Part shown: positions 25,153 through 29,001 of the stretch, one piece after another
Layout: each line of letters opens with the position of its first letter
Numbering within the stretch: the stretch's first letter is position 1
Assembly: GCA_964452145.1 (NCBI GenBank)
Contig: CAYVLA010000031.1
Span: 1,563 to 30,563, forward strand
DNA length: 29,001 bases
Reading direction: 5' to 3'
Origin: Candidatus Hadarchaeota archaeon
GTDB taxonomy: Archaea; CAYQAE01; CAYVLA01
Position numbers and translations under genes: made by a program
Notes under the pieces: model-generated
Database searches by the model: none
What the model was told of the DNA's origin: nothing
Seen by the model: only the letters and a program-made list of their open reading frames with translations

Positions 25153-27426
25153 TCAAGCTGGGCCCTTCAGCAGCCAGATATCCGAGACTCTGGACTTGTG
25201 ACGCCAGTTCAGATGGTCCTCGTCGGGCCTGGCGAAGGTAACTTCGATGGTCCCGCTGGCCAGAAGGCGCTTCGGGACCGGGAACTCCTTGAACTGGCCC
25301 TCCGCCTTGTTGTACGATGTGGGCTGGATCCTCTCCCCGTTGATCTCGAGGAGAGCCTCCCCGAATCCTGCGACGCGGAGCATGTAGTCAGCTTCGGGAT
25401 CCAGGTTCTCGTAGCGCAGCTTGGGTCGGTTGATGTAGGTTTGCGACGAGAGCCTTGTCCGACTGTAGCCGTCGTCCCACCAGGCGAACCCAAGCGCCAG
25501 GTTGTATATGGGCACCACGTGGGGGGATTTTGCGATGTTCCCCACATCATCATAATAGCTCCCTGGGCCAGGATCCTCCCATGTCCGGATGATCTCAAGA
25601 CGCGCCCGCTTCTCCTCATCGGTTGCCATCTGGCGGATCTTGGCGAACTCGTCCTCCAGCCACCAGCGGTTGTTCAGCGGATAGCGGAGGAAGTCCAGTA
25701 CGCACCCGCGCTCCGAGCCGCTGGCATGGTAACGGGCAACGCTGGTCTGCAGGCCGATGCTCTGGAACAGGTCCTCGCAGAGGCCCTCTATGCGTTGCCT
25801 TATGTCATCGCAGAAGGGCTCCTGGTCGGCGCGCCTCACGGTCGCAAGCGCAGCATCCATGGCTTTCTCGATGCCAAGTGTGTCCACTTGCGCCAGTACT
25901 TTCATGGCCTGCTTCTCCAGATCCTGTTCATGGATTTGGCGCCTTCTTGTGTATGCATCGTAGTGGGCGCGAAGGAGCAACAGTTGCCAGCGCCAATTCC
26001 CCGCCAGATCCGGTGCCCTTAGCTCCAGGCTCTTCCAGTGCGAGAGGGTCTTCTCCACCGACTCGTTCGTGGATAGGGCTCCCTCCCAGTTCTTCTCCAG
26101 GGCGAGGATCCCCGCGGCAGCGTCCTCCGCCACATCCGGCCCGAAGAAGAAGCGGCAGTACTCCAGCAGGATCTGCTCCACGTCCTCCTTCGGATCCCAT
26201 GCCCGCCTCGTCCAGAGCGTCTTGTTGACGTCGTCGTGAACGCCATCGGAGTAGGAGAGGAACCCATCCGTGTGCGGCGCGGAGAGTTCGTGTATGCGGG
26301 CGTAGGCGCGGGGACGGGGGTTGCAAGGTTCCCTTCCCAGGGTTAGCGCGAAGGCCTGATCCCAGTTCTGGACCGGGAACTGGCAGCGAACCGTGTGTGT
26401 GATGTCCGGGTAATCACGCAGCCGGTACTTCCTTGGAAGACGGGCCTTGAGCATGTCCAGCGGCGGACTGCTTGGCCCTCCCACCACGCCCGCGAGCCAG
26501 TCGGGCTCGTGCTTGTCTAGAAAGTCGAAGAAGTATTCCACCGCCTCGCACTTGAAGCCCTGCAAGGAAATCCAGATCCCTGCACGGGGGTGGTGGGCCT
26601 TGAGGCGTTTGGACAGCTCCTCTAGGAAGGGCAGGACTATGCTGGGGTGGTTGAATCCGGGGTCTCCTCCCGGAAAGAAGACTCCGTCAAGCCGGGGACA
26701 GTCGGCGTAGAGCTGTTCGTGCTCCTCGATGGCCGCCTGGCGAAGCGCCTGATCGGAGAGGTCGAAGGAAGCCGGGGTCCAGACCCAGTAGTCCACATCG
26801 TACTTGGCGCAGAGCTCGCTGAGCTTCTTGTTCATCTCCCGACGGGGCAGCTTCATCAGTACGTTGGCCTTGTCTTGCAGCGGTATGTTCTCAATGCAGT
26901 TTGCGCCGAAGATTGCTAGCTCCCGGATGTACCGCTCGTACTGCTCAACCGTCCATGCATCGTAGGAGTTGGCCGTGTCGCGGTAGCCGAGCTGATGGCC
27001 CCGGATGGCATAGGCCGGCGCCGTGGCTATGTCGATCGCTTGCGCAAGCCGGGCCGATCCCTTGGACATTGACAGAAGCCGGAGGAGGTGTCCGACGCCG
27101 AACAGGATGCCCCTGCGGTCGGCGCCAATGATCCAGACAACAGGCCTTGCTCTCACCGACGCATCGACGTGCAGTCTGTAGCCCTCTCTTTTCTGCTCAG
27201 GAAGGTCGTCGCCCATGCGAAGAGGAACGGTCCGACCGGCCAGCGATGTTGAGGATCGAGTCGTCAGGGCGATGGCCGGGCCGTCACGAGGCCAGTCGGT
27301 GGACACTCGCCACACAAGCTCGGTGCGCCTATGCACCTCCTCGGCAAGGACTTGGGCGGCCAGGGACTTCGGGCCATTTTGGTCGCTAACGATGATCCGG
27401 GAATTCGTCAAGTCCATTTCCGGCAT
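25153..27426 (-). CDS. Uncharacterised glycoside-hydrolase-like protein with GH67N/GH20-domain-2-like N-terminus
   Basis: AAQVLAEEVHRRT, EGYRL, IIGADRRGILFGVGHLLR, PAYAIRGHQLGYR, a TIM-barrel-like core (FFPGGDPG) and a C-terminal beta-sandwich. Confidence 0.7.
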   Translation of the reverse strand: MPEMDLTNSRIIVSDQNGPKSLAAQVLAEEVHRRTELVWRVSTDWPRDGPAIALTTRSSTSLAGRTVPLRMGDDLPEQKREGYRLHVDASVRARPVVWIIGADRRGILFGVGHLLRLLSMSKGSARLAQAIDIATAPAYAIRGHQLGYRDTANSYDAWTVEQYERYIRELAIFGANCIENIPLQDKANVLMKLPRREMNKKLSELCAKYDVDYWVWTPASFDLSDQALRQAAIEEHEQLYADCPRLDGVFFPGGDPGFNHPSIVLPFLEELSKRLKAHHPRAGIWISLQGFKCEAVEYFFDFLDKHEPDWLAGVVGGPSSPPLDMLKARLPRKYRLRDYPDITHTVRCQFPVQNWDQAFALTLGREPCNPRPRAYARIHELSAPHTDGFLSYSDGVHDDVNKTLWTRRAWDPKEDVEQILLEYCRFFFGPDVAEDAAAGILALEKNWEGALSTNESVEKTLSHWKSLELRAPDLAGNWRWQLLLLRAHYDAYTRRRQIHEQDLEKQAMKVLAQVDTLGIEKAMDAALATVRRADQEPFCDDIRQRIEGLCEDLFQSIGLQTSVARYHASGSERGCVLDFLRYPLNNRWWLEDEFAKIRQMATDEEKRARLEIIRTWEDPGPGSYYDDVGNIAKSPHVVPIYNLALGFAWWDDGYSRTRLSSQTYINRPKLRYENLDPEADYMLRVAGFGEALLEINGERIQPTSYNKAEGQFKEFPVPKRLLASGTIEVTFARPDEDHLNWRHKSRVSDIWLLKGPA

Positions 27427-27586
27427 TCGGCATCAACACTGTGATCGGCGTTGAGTTCTGTGTTGTTAAAGGCGATCTCCCACTCCACTCCACTCTTCGC
27501 TGGGGCTGCCTGGTTGGGAACGTCAAGATCGTGGTCGGCTATCATCATTCGTAGTCCTTTCGTCCGTTGCCGGTTCCCGGGCATTT

Positions 27587-28627
27587 TCAGTCCTGTACGA
27601 TCATGATCGTGATCCGGTCGGGCCTGTTCATAGCTTCGAAGGCTGCGTTGATCTGCTCTAAGGGGAATCGATGGGTGATGGTTTTGCTTGGATCCACAAG
27701 GCCCTTCTTCATCAGGTCCAGCGACTTCACCATGGCCCTTGGGGTGATCGAGAAGGACGCATCCACGCTGATCTCCTTGAAGTGGATCTCCTTAGGTGAC
27801 ACCTCGATCTCTCCCGGCACAATCACGCCGAACATGTTCACCCTGGTGGATCTGCGGGCCAGGTCCATCGCCAGCCGGGCCGCCTCAAGGGAACCGCCTG
27901 CCTCCACGATGACATCGGGCCCGTCGGGCATAAGCTCGGGCACGGCCTTCTTCGGGTCCTGCTCAGAGGAGTCAATCACGCATCTGATGCCGATTCGCCT
28001 GGCGACCTGCAGCCTCTCTTTGACCCTATCGATCACCGCAACCCTGGCGCCTGCGGAGATGCCCACCATGGACAGGAGCAGGCCCGTGGTGCCGGAGCCG
28101 ATGATGACCAAGTCCTCGCCGAGCCTGAGCTGGGAGTACTCGATCAAGCCCTTGTAGGCGCATCCCAAAGGCTCCGCAAGGGCTGCAGCCTCAAACGACA
28201 CTCTCTGCGGCTTGGGGTACAGAACCTCCTCCGGCACGGTGACGAACTCGGCAAAGCCCCCGTTCATGACGGTGGGCTGGCCCTCGCCGCCGATGACGAT
28301 GCCGTTCTCGCACTGGTTGAGCAGTCCCAACCGGCAGAACCTGCATCTGCCGCACGAAACGACCGGACTGACGACGACCTCATCGCCTGGCGAGAATGCG
28401 GCGGCCCGATCGCCTGCCTTCTCGACCACCCCCGAGATCTCGTGCCCAAGGACCGTGGGCAGCTTCAGATCCTTCCTTCTTCCCAGGTAGCCGAGGTTGT
28501 CGGTCTGGCAGATGCCGCAGGCTTTGACTCGAACTGCGACCTGCTCACCCGTGGGCGACGGATCGGGCACTTCCCTCAGTTGGATTCTCCCGAATTCTTC
28601 CAATACCGCGGCCTTCAAGTCTCCCAC
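27587..28627 (-). CDS. Zinc-dependent (MDR) alcohol/sugar-alcohol dehydrogenase
   Basis: CGICQTD, LGHE, structural Zn motif CGRCRFC...NQC, GGFAEF, AEPL and GSGTTG. Confidence 0.93.
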   Translation of the reverse strand: MGDLKAAVLEEFGRIQLREVPDPSPTGEQVAVRVKACGICQTDNLGYLGRRKDLKLPTVLGHEISGVVEKAGDRAAAFSPGDEVVVSPVVSCGRCRFCRLGLLNQCENGIVIGGEGQPTVMNGGFAEFVTVPEEVLYPKPQRVSFEAAALAEPLGCAYKGLIEYSQLRLGEDLVIIGSGTTGLLLSMVGISAGARVAVIDRVKERLQVARRIGIRCVIDSSEQDPKKAVPELMPDGPDVIVEAGGSLEAARLAMDLARRSTRVNMFGVIVPGEIEVSPKEIHFKEISVDASFSITPRAMVKSLDLMKKGLVDPSKTITHRFPLEQINAAFEAMNRPDRITIMIVQD

Positions 28628-28650
28628 GCCGCACCTGTTGATACCTTGGG

Positions 28651-29001
28651 CTAGCCTATGGCTACCTCTTTGCCGGCCCGGGCCGACCTGTAGATGGCGT
28701 CCAGCATCCCGACCACGGACAATCCGTCCTCGCCCGGTGCTAGCGCAGGCCTATCGGCAAGCAGATCATCAACGAAACGCGCCGGGGGATCTTGGTCGGC
28801 CGGGACCTCCATCTCTAGGGGTGAACCATCTGCCTTGAACGCGGAGAGATCGGGGTACAGCTGTGCGCCGCCCTCGGTTCCGCAGATGTAGCTGTAGTTG
28901 CCGGTCTTGGCCTTGAGAGCCCAGCTGGCCTCCACGAACATGGTCTCTCCCCCCTTGAATCGGATCAGACCCAGCGCGAAGTCCTCCACGTCGAAGGGCC
29001 C
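28651..29001 (-). CDS. Gfo/Idh/MocA oxidoreductase, C-terminal part (truncated by the window edge)
   Basis: FDVEDFALGLIRF...EASWA...GTEGGA...LDAIYRSA..GKEV. Confidence 0.85.
   Translation of the reverse strand, partial: GPFDVEDFALGLIRFKGGETMFVEASWALKAKTGNYSYICGTEGGAQLYPDLSAFKADGSPLEMEVPADQDPPARFVDDLLADRPALAPGEDGLSVVGMLDAIYRSARAGKEVAIG

Noticed and set aside
24700..26022. 440-aa plus-strand ORF
   Set aside because: Antisense shadow of the GH-like gene and the vapC remnant, as expected in GC-rich coding DNA.
27480..27495. (CCACT)x3 microrepeat
   Set aside because: Too short to support phase variation or any other function.
1..29001. Integron cassette array, CRISPR array, tRNA, DGR or IS element explaining the gene mosaic
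   Set aside because: Intergenic regions share no recurring attC-like or CRISPR repeat, genes lie on both strands, and no integrase, transposase, reverse transcriptase or cloverleaf was seen by eye.

Overview
A roughly 60% GC (estimated), gene-dense chromosomal segment. The host is most likely an archaeon (inference): it has an archaeal-type GPN-loop GTPase ending CxCGDLT, an archaeal MNT/HEPN pair, and TATA-like boxes about 20-40 nt upstream of several starts. There are about 21 intact CDS, a decayed VapC and a few remnants. I found no rRNA, tRNA, CRISPR array, transposase or integrase. Most genes fit scavenging of sugars, peptides and nucleosides, and many are of bacterial type: a beta-propeller GH-like protein, GH20, a GHL6/GH42-like protein, a GH67N-like protein, M19 and M24 peptidases, DeoB, a UroD-like protein, Zn-ADH and Gfo/Idh/MocA. 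Possible anti-genotoxin genes (GyrI-like, AlkZ-like) are also present. The most unusual feature is a dispersed family of cell-surface proteins. Three paralogues share a signal peptide, a divergent GATase1/DUF1355-like head, a helical stalk and a conserved C-terminal membrane anchor with an intramembrane Glu. One copy reads through into a second membrane protein, and a fourth protein may carry a related stalk under a different head. Also notable is a wHTH-MNT fusion antitoxin with a perfect palindrome over its start. All family calls come from recognising motifs by eye; no searches were run.
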